From an uncultured Fibrobacterota bacterium (GTDB lineage Bacteria > Fibrobacterota > Chitinivibrionia > Chitinivibrionales > FEN-1185), in the NCBI GenBank assembly GCA_963729895.1, contig CAVSQB010000018.1:68314-132313 (forward strand): 64,000 nt of DNA. Direction: 5' to 3'. Shown piece by piece: positions 19,485 to 27,068 of the stretch. Numbering within the stretch: position 1 is the stretch's first letter; each line of letters opens with the position of its first letter. Under the pieces are notes generated by a model. That model was not told the origin of the DNA, did no database searches, and saw only the letters and a list, made by a program, of their open reading frames with translations. The translations under genes and the position numbers were made by a program.

Positions 19485-20312
19485 GTGATCGCCGACTATC
19501 ACGTCCATACTGCTTACTGCGGGCACGCCCGGGGAAAGACCGTCGATTACATCGAAACAGCCATCGGCTTGGGCCTGTCGGAGATCGCCTTTACCGATCA
19601 TCTTGGACGGTATTATCTTGCCCGAAACCAGCGCAAACGTTACTGGGACTGGGGCATGCGGGAGCGCAACGTTGCCCGCTATTTTTCGGAGGTACTTGAC
19701 TTAAAGGAGGTTTACGAAGGCAGAATCTTGATCCGAGTCGGGCTGGAAATGGATTACGTGGAAGGCGCCGAGGACCTCGCCGAAGCTATCGTCTCGCGCT
19801 ACCCGTTCGATTTCTTGCTGGGATCCATTCACTGCCTGCCCGTACTCGGGTGGCGCCATATTTCCCAATACGTGAAAGCGGACCCGCGGCAGGTGTACCA
19901 CGCCTATTTCGACGCCGTAGAGTCCGGGGTTCGTTCGAACCTGTTCCAGTCGCTCGCACACCTCGATTTTATCTGGCGGTATGTATCGTGGCCCGATGCG
20001 CCGCAGTCGCTCATGCGCGAATACATCTCGGGCGCGGCCCTGCTGGCTGCCAAGAACGATGTATGCATCGAAGTGAACGCGAACGGGTTCTTGTGGTCGC
20101 AGATGGATGACCTGAAGAACTACGATCTTTTCGACATGTTGCTTGATTCCCTCAAGAAGCACAATGCCGCCATTACCATCGGTTCCGACGCACACGCGCC
20201 GGACTTGGTGGGCAAGGCGTTCCCACAGATCGTCGCCCTGCTCAAGAGTAAGGGGATCAATTCGTTTTCGCAGTTCGATCAGAAACAGCGGAAACAGGTG
20301 GCGCTGGGTTGA
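19485..20312 (+). CDS. histidinol-phosphatase, HisJ/PHP family
   Basis: PHP-domain metal ligands (DYHVHTAYCGHA, FTDH, GSIH, GSDAH). GTG start. Confidence 0.8.
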   Translation: MIADYHVHTAYCGHARGKTVDYIETAIGLGLSEIAFTDHLGRYYLARNQRKRYWDWGMRERNVARYFSEVLDLKEVYEGRILIRVGLEMDYVEGAEDLAEAIVSRYPFDFLLGSIHCLPVLGWRHISQYVKADPRQVYHAYFDAVESGVRSNLFQSLAHLDFIWRYVSWPDAPQSLMREYISGAALLAAKNDVCIEVNANGFLWSQMDDLKNYDLFDMLLDSLKKHNAAITIGSDAHAPDLVGKAFPQIVALLKSKGINSFSQFDQKQRKQVALG

Positions 20313-20445
20313 AAGCTCCCGAAACCGGCAAGACTTTGTGGCTCCAAGCGATGGGAAAACTATAATTTGTGCGGTAGTTCTAAAATGAGTGAATTTGTTG
20401 TGGTGGTGAATTATATCAATGACTTGTGGTGTTTTGGGCTGTGGT

Positions 20446-20540
20446 TTCAAACCGAAAGGAATTACCGGTTTTTGACCGTATTTTCGTGATGGTTTGAACG
20501 GTTTTAGGCAGGAAATTACCGCGTTTTGACCATGCTTCAA
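20446..20540. repeat. two tandem ~45-bp imperfect direct repeats at the low-coordinate end of the Mu-like element
   Basis: GGTTTCAAACCGAAAGGAATTACCGGTTTTTGACCGTA followed by GGTTTGAACGGTTTTAGGCAGGAAATTACCGCGTTTTGACCATG. Shared core: AATTACCGnnTTTTGACC. Confidence 0.45.
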
Positions 20541-20625
20541 CGTCCAATTAAAGCGGCATTGAAAGCTTTATAATATAGAAGAGGACATGGAGGCACGCGG
20601 GCGATCCGCGTGAGCTGGACTGTGG

Positions 20626-21288
20626 CTATCTGTTTGAACGTGTCACCGCTTTTTCGACAGTGGACCTCGGAACAAACCAAACAATCCTGACATACTTCTT
20701 TGAAATAAAATCCTTAAAAGCCCCTTTTAATTTTCCTCTTTGACAAAGGTATCTCACGTGATCCCTACTGATTCTTAGAGCCAGCGCCGTCTCATAGACT
20801 GACAAAAAAGGAGACTGATTTCCAAGTGAAAAAGCGTTGTGGTAATTACGGGCAAGGGAGAGAATATTGCCGTTTGATTTGCGCCATAAAATACGATGAT
20901 GAAGGACTGTCCCATAGGCAAGTCCGCTGATTTTACAAAAATCTTCCAACTCACGGCATGAGAGATCGCGAGTACGAAGCAATATTGGAACCCAACGGTC
21001 CACGTCCTCTTGTTGGGACGGATTTAGTGTTTTGTAAATTCGATCATTATTGAATTTTATCAAATCATCTTCACGGAAAGACTGATTTCCCGACGCTTGA
21101 AAATACTCCTCAAGACCAGGAATAAAGAAACCCGTCGCACGTATCCGGCATTTGCCGCGCTTTCCTGGAACGCGCTCCACAGGAAGAAACCCGCGACGCA
21201 TCAAATCAGCCACAGTCTCCCGCTTAAGAAGGGTGAGCGCCGAGAACAAAGCTGGAGACACCCATAACTTGTTCTTTTCTTCTTCCAT
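20626..21288 (-). CDS. DNA-binding protein with two excisionase/MerR-type (HTH_17-like) helix-turn-helix segments
   Basis: LSVYETALALRISRDHVRYLCQRGKLKGA, plus an N-terminal similar segment (TLLKRETVADLMRRGFLPVERV). AT-rich gene. The start is uncertain (21288 or 21372). Confidence 0.4.
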   Translation of the reverse strand: MEEEKNKLWVSPALFSALTLLKRETVADLMRRGFLPVERVPGKRGKCRIRATGFFIPGLEEYFQASGNQSFREDDLIKFNNDRIYKTLNPSQQEDVDRWVPILLRTRDLSCRELEDFCKISGLAYGTVLHHRILWRKSNGNILSLARNYHNAFSLGNQSPFLSVYETALALRISRDHVRYLCQRGKLKGAFKDFISKKYVRIVWFVPRSTVEKAVTRSNR

Positions 21289-21442
21289 ACCAGACACCTT
21301 TCTGCGTTCACGGTACCGGAGCGGCTGCCGTGAACAAACCTTCTTATCGTTTTTGCTGCTTGTGAAGAACATTTCCTCTCGAATTGAAGCAGCGCCGGGA
21401 AGGCCCGGCGCTGTAGAAAACAGTGTCCAGTTGCGCGCGAAA

Positions 21443-22123
21443 CTACTGCGCGCCTGCCGGCACCTTTGACCCAAACGGGTGAAGCCATCTCTCTGTCGCG
21501 TATTGAAACTTCTCCGCACTCCAAAAATACAACTCCTCGTTTTCTTTGTGCCCAGAGCACGTTTCGTCGCGGTAGATTCCTCCCTGCACAAACCTTGGAA
21601 TCATTTGCAACGCGCCAGTCTCCGCAACGCATTCTGCAAACGAATATGGCCGCGACATCCCCATTGAAATACGCTTCTTAATCAACCGTTCCACGATCCC
21701 CCCGAGAATCGCGGCCTGCTCGTTGTATTCATCCATGATAGCAAACATCTGCAAGGTCGCCAGCTCGTCGTTTTTCTCCTTGACGTAGGGAGCGACCTTT
21801 TCCATCTCCTCTGTCTTTTCAATCAGGAGAGCGTTCATTCCCGCCGCCTTATCTCCGGCCGCGTCAAGTTCGCGCTGGAGCTTCTCAACCTGTTTCTCGA
21901 CTGTAGCGGTGTTTTCCCCGAGGGCCGTGAGGCGCTGGCGCTCGCGCTTTGAACTTTCAAGAGCCGTTGTCAACTCGGAAACCTTTGCCTCGACGCCGGG
22001 CAGCTCATTTTTCAGCCTGCCAATTTCCTGCGCAAGCTTCTGCGCTTTGCTCTCTGCGGCCTTGACCTCCTCGGCGAACTTGGCGGCCGAGGCCATTGTG
22101 TCCCCGAACTTTAATTCTTTCAT
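21443..22123 (-). CDS. hypothetical protein with N-terminal coiled coil
   Basis: Clean 226-aa ORF. The N-terminal ~120 aa are heptad-rich (AEEVKAAESKAQKLAQEIGRLKNEL...). I recognise no family. Confidence 0.45.
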   Translation of the reverse strand: MKELKFGDTMASAAKFAEEVKAAESKAQKLAQEIGRLKNELPGVEAKVSELTTALESSKRERQRLTALGENTATVEKQVEKLQRELDAAGDKAAGMNALLIEKTEEMEKVAPYVKEKNDELATLQMFAIMDEYNEQAAILGGIVERLIKKRISMGMSRPYSFAECVAETGALQMIPRFVQGGIYRDETCSGHKENEELYFWSAEKFQYATERWLHPFGSKVPAGAQ

Positions 22124-22175
22124 AGACAGCTTCCTTTCCTTTGTGGAATGTTTTAAAGCCTTCCATTCGGCGTTA

Positions 22176-22544
22176 TTATGACACCTCAGTCACAGACGGA
22201 ATACCTGAGAGTAGTCTCTCCAGCGCAGCCTTTTCGGCGTCGTTCGCGGGGGAGTAAAAGGGGCCTTCCGAGAACTTGATTCCCGCCGCACGTCGATTTC
22301 CTTCAACCAGGGCGTCCCCGGTTTTTTTGTCCCCCGTCGACCTGACAAGGGCTCTCATTTTCTCAATGTCCCATTCTCCCGCGTCGTTAAGTTTTTTGAT
22401 TCCTGCGAGGAGGGCCGGACCGTTGTTGTATAGATGTAATACCTCGAAGAGGAGCTTTTGGAACTGGTCACTATCAACTTGGGTCCATGACGGCCCTTTA
22501 ACGACTTCCTTGCTCTTTTGTGCGTTTCTGCGCTCATTGTTCAT
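22176..22544 (-). CDS. hypothetical protein (122 aa)
   Basis: Its start overlaps the stop of the upstream Mor-like gene (ATGA-type coupling). I recognise no family. Confidence 0.4.
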   Translation of the reverse strand: MNNERRNAQKSKEVVKGPSWTQVDSDQFQKLLFEVLHLYNNGPALLAGIKKLNDAGEWDIEKMRALVRSTGDKKTGDALVEGNRRAAGIKFSEGPFYSPANDAEKAALERLLSGIPSVTEVS

Positions 22545-22990
22545 TGGTGCTTTTCTCCATCTTTAAAAGGTGTTTGACGAGGCGGTACCGCGCCTTTATT
22601 CTTGCGCCGCGCGTCCTCATGCTCCACGATTTCATAGACATGACGTAGCGAAACATTACAGGCGCGGGCAAGGGCTTTCGCGTTTGAACCGTTAAACCTG
22701 TCAACGATAAACCTCTCTGCGACCTTGTACGTTGCTCGCTTCGGGACAATTATGTTCATGCCCGCGCATTGTTTCACAAGAGCAACGGCGACATCGTTTC
22801 CGCATGAAGCCGAAACGTCCGCAAGATCGTTGTTCGGCATTTCGGCGGCCGTCATTCCGGCGACCGCCGTCTCGAATTCCGCTTTCAGGTTGTCGCTCAC
22901 GTCCCCTTTTCCCTTTCGTTGAGCAAAAGCCCTCAAAGTGGAGGGCCTGTTTTCGTCATCAAACCTCTGTAACCGTAATGTCGCTTTCAT
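22541..22990 (-). CDS. Mor-family-like transcriptional activator
   Basis: The C-terminal HTH segment FNGSNAKALARACNVSLRHVYEIVE resembles the Mu Mor/C activator family. The start is uncertain (22990 or 22855). Confidence 0.5.
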   Translation of the reverse strand: MKATLRLQRFDDENRPSTLRAFAQRKGKGDVSDNLKAEFETAVAGMTAAEMPNNDLADVSASCGNDVAVALVKQCAGMNIIVPKRATYKVAERFIVDRFNGSNAKALARACNVSLRHVYEIVEHEDARRKNKGAVPPRQTPFKDGEKHQ

Positions 22991-24071
22991 CCGCCCAAAA
23001 ATGCCGGTAAGTCGGCGGATTCCCCGCAGGATCGCAGGTGACAATTCCTACCGGAGAGGTGCAATCGCCACCAAGGAGCCCGTTGTTAAATGAAATTTGT
23101 GCGAACTGCGTCGGGTCCAGCACAACGCCAATTCCAAGACTCTGGATGTAGGCGCAGACGGCGGCCGAGAAGGCGTCCTCTGTTGCCTGTAGTGTCCCGG
23201 CGGGAACGGTAAGCGATATGGGTTCAATCAACTTTGCCGCTGCGCTGACCGAAAGATCGTACCCCATTATTTGACAAAGGCTCTCCGCGTCGGAAGAGAC
23301 CGCAGCAATGAGCGCCGCGCTCGGTTCGTTTTCCATCCAGCTGCAAGGGCTGTCCGAAGTGATGGCAACGTCTATCGTTCCCAGGCCACGCGGATTGGCG
23401 GCGCAGAAGACAAGGTTCACGCGCTCAACATAGGAGGTCGGATTCCATTCGCGCCACGTTACGTTATTGTCAACCACTAAACTGCCGGGTTCAACCGTCC
23501 ACGCCGGGGCAAGGGCGCCCGAAGTTCCTCCTACGGTGCAAATATATAAATGCCCGTTGGAAGTGGAAGGGGACATTGACGGAGAGGCGTAAATTGGAAC
23601 CGGAACGTTGCACAGGAGGGCTGCTGAATTCCGCGTATAGCCATTGCTGTAGCCAATGATTGCCTTGTTACCGCCTGGGATAAGGGGCATGCAGACTTGT
23701 CCCGCGACGTAAACGGTCTGCGGCTGCCATGCTTGCCAATTCGAAACGCTCACCGCATTTGCCCATCTCTTGAAGTCCTGTGTGATATCGCGCGGTCTTC
23801 GAAGAATGGATAGAAAACGGTTGAAGAAGTCGCTTGCAGATTCTCCTGGTGCAGGAGCGATTCCGAATCGTGCAGCGTAGCTGGCGAGCCCTTGTCCTGC
23901 GCTTCCAATGTCCGACACGTATTGTTGCATGTTGTAAAGCCCGAAAAGGGCCAATTCCTGACTTGCAATGGCTTGGTATCGAGGCGATCCCGGCGCAACA
24001 CTGATGCTCGGATGCACACTCGAATAGTCCGCGCAAGCGCTCGCGACCAGTGCGTTGAGGGTCAAAGCCAT
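22959..24071 (-). CDS. baseplate J-like protein (Mu gp47 / P2 gpJ family) with an inserted domain
   Basis: ATG at 24071 preceded by AAGGAGAG. N-terminal SAGQGLASYAARFGIAPAPGESASDFFNRFLSILRRP and C-terminal GLGTIDVAITSD...LSVSAAAKLIEPISLTV...AAVCAYIQSLGIGVVLDPTQ fit the Baseplate_J pattern. The central segment HLYICTVGGTSGALAPAWTVEPGSLVVDNNVTWREW looks like a tail-fibre-type insert. Confidence 0.5.
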   Translation of the reverse strand: MALTLNALVASACADYSSVHPSISVAPGSPRYQAIASQELALFGLYNMQQYVSDIGSAGQGLASYAARFGIAPAPGESASDFFNRFLSILRRPRDITQDFKRWANAVSVSNWQAWQPQTVYVAGQVCMPLIPGGNKAIIGYSNGYTRNSAALLCNVPVPIYASPSMSPSTSNGHLYICTVGGTSGALAPAWTVEPGSLVVDNNVTWREWNPTSYVERVNLVFCAANPRGLGTIDVAITSDSPCSWMENEPSAALIAAVSSDAESLCQIMGYDLSVSAAAKLIEPISLTVPAGTLQATEDAFSAAVCAYIQSLGIGVVLDPTQFAQISFNNGLLGGDCTSPVGIVTCDPAGNPPTYRHFWADESDITVTEV

Positions 24072-24138
24072 GTTCTCTCCTTCGTCCAGTCTTAGGCTCG
24101 TCTGTCTACGGTCATTGCACGAAGCTCCCGCGCCCGCG

Positions 24139-24273
24139 TCACCACTGTTCGAGAAGCGCCTCGGCCGCGAAGTCCTTTTTTGCCTCGACAAGCACGGCCA
24201 CCGAGTGACAAATCACCGCCTCCAGGATCGCGCAGTCCGGCCCAAATGGGTTTTTCTTGATTTCAGGGTCCAT
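24139..24273 (-). CDS. small ORF (44 aa) between the gp48-like and J-like genes
   Basis: MDPEIKKNPFGPDCAILEAVICHSVAVLVEAKKDFAAEALLEQW, preceded by ATAGGAGGAAAATAG-ATG. Too short for the ORF track. Confidence 0.3.
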   Translation of the reverse strand: MDPEIKKNPFGPDCAILEAVICHSVAVLVEAKKDFAAEALLEQW

Positions 24274-24285
24274 TCTATTTTCCTC

Positions 24286-24909
24286 CTATGCGTTTACAAA
24301 CAGCCAATCGCATTTTGGCGAGCCCTGGTCGGAAAAAGCCGCCTGCAGGTTCGCGTCGGACTCGACGCCGGTGCCGGTCACGCGCACCGTGAACATTGAG
24401 GTGCCGGGATCGTTGAAATACACGGGGTCGCCCACCTTGCCGACTCCCACCCGGAACGGCCGGAAGAGGCCGTCCTCAATCAAAATCCACTTCGGCTGCG
24501 TATTGTCCGTCGAGTACCCGAGGGCCTGCGCAATTGAATAGAATTGCGCTCTGCAAAGCCTGGTGCCTGTGGCTTGCACGGTCTTCACGCCGCCGCTGTC
24601 GCTTGCAGGGATTGTCGGCGTGAGGCCCGCGCGAATCTTCGCAACAACAACGCCCGCGCGCTGTTGATCGGTCATGCCCGGGTCTGGCGTGATTCCGTAG
24701 ACGCGTTCCCAATCCGCAAGCGACCCGAGAACGGGATCAGAGGTCGCCGTGTCGGGAAACAACTCCTTGTGAAGACGCGTAGCTTGATCCTCCGCGCGAT
24801 CCAGCGCGAGGCCCTCGATGTCGAGGTCCGCGTCGAGGTCGCCGCCGAGAGGAAGCGGAAAGAGCTGCTTCAAAACGCCGTAGTGTCTGCTCTGCGGAAC
24901 GTACCCCAT
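24286..24909 (-). CDS. DUF2313 / Mu gp48-like (YmfQ-like) phage baseplate protein
   Basis: LKQLFPLPLGG..., LHKELFPDTATSDPVLGSLADWERVYGITPDPGMTDQQRAGVVVAKIRA, and IAQALGYS...PFRVGVGKVGDPV match the characteristic DUF2313 layout. ATG at 24909 with GAAAGG upstream. Confidence 0.65.
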   Translation of the reverse strand: MGYVPQSRHYGVLKQLFPLPLGGDLDADLDIEGLALDRAEDQATRLHKELFPDTATSDPVLGSLADWERVYGITPDPGMTDQQRAGVVVAKIRAGLTPTIPASDSGGVKTVQATGTRLCRAQFYSIAQALGYSTDNTQPKWILIEDGLFRPFRVGVGKVGDPVYFNDPGTSMFTVRVTGTGVESDANLQAAFSDQGSPKCDWLFVNA

Positions 24910-24993
24910 TGCTTGCCTTTCGTTACCGGCCCGCAGGCCGGTTGATTTCATCCAAACAGGTGCCCAAAACGGCCCCTTTTTCGCTACTTTCTT

Positions 24994-25015
24994 TCAAAAC
25001 CCGGCTTTTGCCGGT
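24994..25015 (-). terminator. putative intrinsic terminator
   Basis: Minus strand: CCGGC-AAAA-GCCGG followed by GTTTTG. Confidence 0.35.
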
Positions 25016-25260
25016 CACCCGACCCTTCCAGCTCGTTCAAACCCCGTTTAATCGTGTTCAATTTCAACGATCTCAATTTTTGCGCCCCTTTGCTCGCCGG
25101 AGGTCGAGATCGTCGATTCTAAGGCCGTTTATCGCGTTCCAGCGCCGGTCGATTTTGAAGGAATCGGCCGCTGTCCGGATTCGCGGACCTATTTTTCTCA
25201 AAAAGGGCTGACTTTTAAACATTATTGAAGATTCCTTAAATCGAGCGTTATACCGACCGT

Positions 25261-25515
25261 TCAATCGAGATTGCCGGACGCGGTCCTCGTCAAACTTACC
25301 CTTGCGCCGTCCATCTTTGGCTTTAACGCCTTGTCCACCGAAAGCAAGAAGCGCTGCCACTGATAATGGAGACCATTTCCGACCGTATGGTCATGGTCGT
25401 TACACAGGTCCACTGCACTATCTATGCATGCGTCCATAATGTAGAAATCCTCAAGGAGTTCGTCTATATCGGAAATCGTGTTCGGGTCTCTGTGCGCTGT
25501 TTTTCCTTTACTCAT
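25261..25515 (-). CDS. hypothetical small acidic protein (84 aa)
   Basis: ATG at 25515 preceded by AGGGGGAA. MSKGKTAHRDPNTISDIDELLEDFYIMDACIDSAVDL... I recognise no family. Confidence 0.4.
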   Translation of the reverse strand: MSKGKTAHRDPNTISDIDELLEDFYIMDACIDSAVDLCNDHDHTVGNGLHYQWQRFLLSVDKALKPKMDGARVSLTRTASGNLD

Positions 25516-25575
25516 GATATTCCCCCTCTGAAAAGGTGACTCGATAACAGTGCTTCCGCCGCCGTGAGACAATTC

Positions 25576-25848
25576 CTACACTCCCACGCAAAACAGGCTT
25601 ATCCCCGGATCAGCGTCGAGCGCGGCCGAGGCCACCTTGTGAAGCGTCGAACCGTTGCCATAGAAGACCGCCGAGTCCGTTGCCCCAAAGACCTGGTGCG
25701 TATTGCCGCGTGCCACTTCGCCGCCTTCTCCCATCTGCGCCGCCACAATCACGGAGCGCTCGTTAAGCGCTCCCGAGTCGTACGCGTCCCGCACGGCCGC
25801 GGCCAGGGCGTCGAGGATAACCTGATTTCCCGTCTTCGGTTTCGACAT
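25576..25848 (-). CDS. hypothetical small protein (90 aa)
   Basis: ATG at 25848 preceded by TTGGAGGGGGAA. MSKPKTGNQVILDALAAAVRDAYDSGALNERS... I recognise no family. Confidence 0.4.
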   Translation of the reverse strand: MSKPKTGNQVILDALAAAVRDAYDSGALNERSVIVAAQMGEGGEVARGNTHQVFGATDSAVFYGNGSTLHKVASAALDADPGISLFCVGV

Positions 25849-25962
25849 TTCCCCCTCCAATTTGTTAAGGTTTTAGAAACGGACGGGCAGCTCGCCCGGC
25901 CTGTTACCGCCGCTGCTGTCACGCTCGTGCATGCAGCAGACCGCCCGCCGTTGATGTTCGAT

Positions 25963-25990
25963 AAAAAACCGCCCCGACACGAGGGCGCGG
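25963..25990 (-). terminator. putative intrinsic terminator downstream of the MuB-like gene
   Basis: Minus strand: CCGCGCCC-TCGTGTC-GGGGCGG followed by TTTTTT, about 170 nt after the MuB-like stop and before the next RBS. Confidence 0.5.
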
Positions 25991-26159
25991 AAGCACCTCA
26001 TGGATTTTGGTGTCGGGTCCTTTCGGAACCCGAAAACGCCTTGCGCCGGAGCGGGTACAAGGCCGCGAACGGCTAATACGCGGCCGATTCCCGGACGCGG
26101 GGGCCAAATCCCGGCCGTCCCTGTTTAAAAGCTGGTTGAATCATAAATAAATCCACTCT

Positions 26160-27065
26160 TTACGAAAGCAACACATCCGCCGCGCGCCGCACGACCTGGC
26201 GCGAAATCTCCATGTTGTTCAAGTCTGCAATATGCCTTGACATCCGGCACAACTTCGAGAGCCGCCGGGCGTTCTCGTTGCACAGTTTCCAGTATTCCGG
26301 CCAGAGATCGCCCGCCGAAGGTACGGCCGCGCGCACGAGTTTCTCGGCGTCTGACTGGCAAATATTGTCAACCCGGATCGCCAGGCCAACGCGGGAATAC
26401 AATTGGGAGTGTTCGCCGCGACGGCCCCGCAGCGTTTCAATGAGGCGAGGCATGCCAATAAGCACAACGCAAATACCCGCGAGGTCATGGAGGCGACGCG
26501 CCAAACCCAACACTTTTACGCTTACATTTTCCGCTTCGTCAAGAATGCAAATTCTGTCGGAACCCTTCAGCCGCTTCACCGCATTGTCAAAGAGATCGTA
26601 GAGAGGCATATTGACGGAGAGGCCGAGCACGGCATTGATCTTGCGAAATACGTGACTCGGGCTGTATCCTGAGGCGGCTTCAATCAACAGGGCATTTTTG
26701 TTGACATTTGCAAAGATGTGTGTCGAACACGTTTTTCCAATTCCGCTCTCGCCATATACAACAATAATGTCGCGCTGCGCAGCACCGAGGGAGATTGCCT
26801 CACAGATCCTTTTGGTGACTGTGGTTTCCACAAGTTCTTCGGAAACGTCCGCCGTTCCCTTTTCCGCGCGTACTTTCGCTATGCCCGCGAGAATCCGTTC
26901 GCCGAGTTTCGGCAAGCTTCCGACTGCCTTATAATCAAGGACCGTGTGGACCTCGGCCGGAGACAAGCCGAGCAGCTCCCCGGCCTTCTGCTCGGATATG
27001 CCTTTCGCTTTTGCAAAGCTGCGAAGCTCAAAAAGGACGCGGGAAGAGTAAGAGGTCTTTTTCAT
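26160..27065 (-). CDS. MuB-like AAA+ transposition ATPase with N-terminal HTH
   Basis: N-terminal HTH (AKAKGISEQKAGELLGLSPAEVHTVL). Walker A VVYGESGIGKTC. Walker B RICILDEAE. It sits 3 nt downstream of the transposase gene. Confidence 0.8.
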   Translation of the reverse strand: MKKTSYSSRVLFELRSFAKAKGISEQKAGELLGLSPAEVHTVLDYKAVGSLPKLGERILAGIAKVRAEKGTADVSEELVETTVTKRICEAISLGAAQRDIIVVYGESGIGKTCSTHIFANVNKNALLIEAASGYSPSHVFRKINAVLGLSVNMPLYDLFDNAVKRLKGSDRICILDEAENVSVKVLGLARRLHDLAGICVVLIGMPRLIETLRGRRGEHSQLYSRVGLAIRVDNICQSDAEKLVRAAVPSAGDLWPEYWKLCNENARRLSKLCRMSRHIADLNNMEISRQVVRRAADVLLS

Positions 27066-27068
27066 GGG

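Noticed and set aside
22959-24909. The baseplate-J-like and gp48-like genes as part of a tailocin or contractile injection system
   Set aside because: No sheath, tube, spike, tape-measure or AAA+ recycling gene lies anywhere in the window. The two genes sit inside the Mu-like element.
25919-26107. 62-aa ORF in the gap after the MuB-like gene
   Set aside because: It is Arg/Pro-rich, has no RBS, and overlaps the predicted terminator hairpin. The gap is more likely non-coding.
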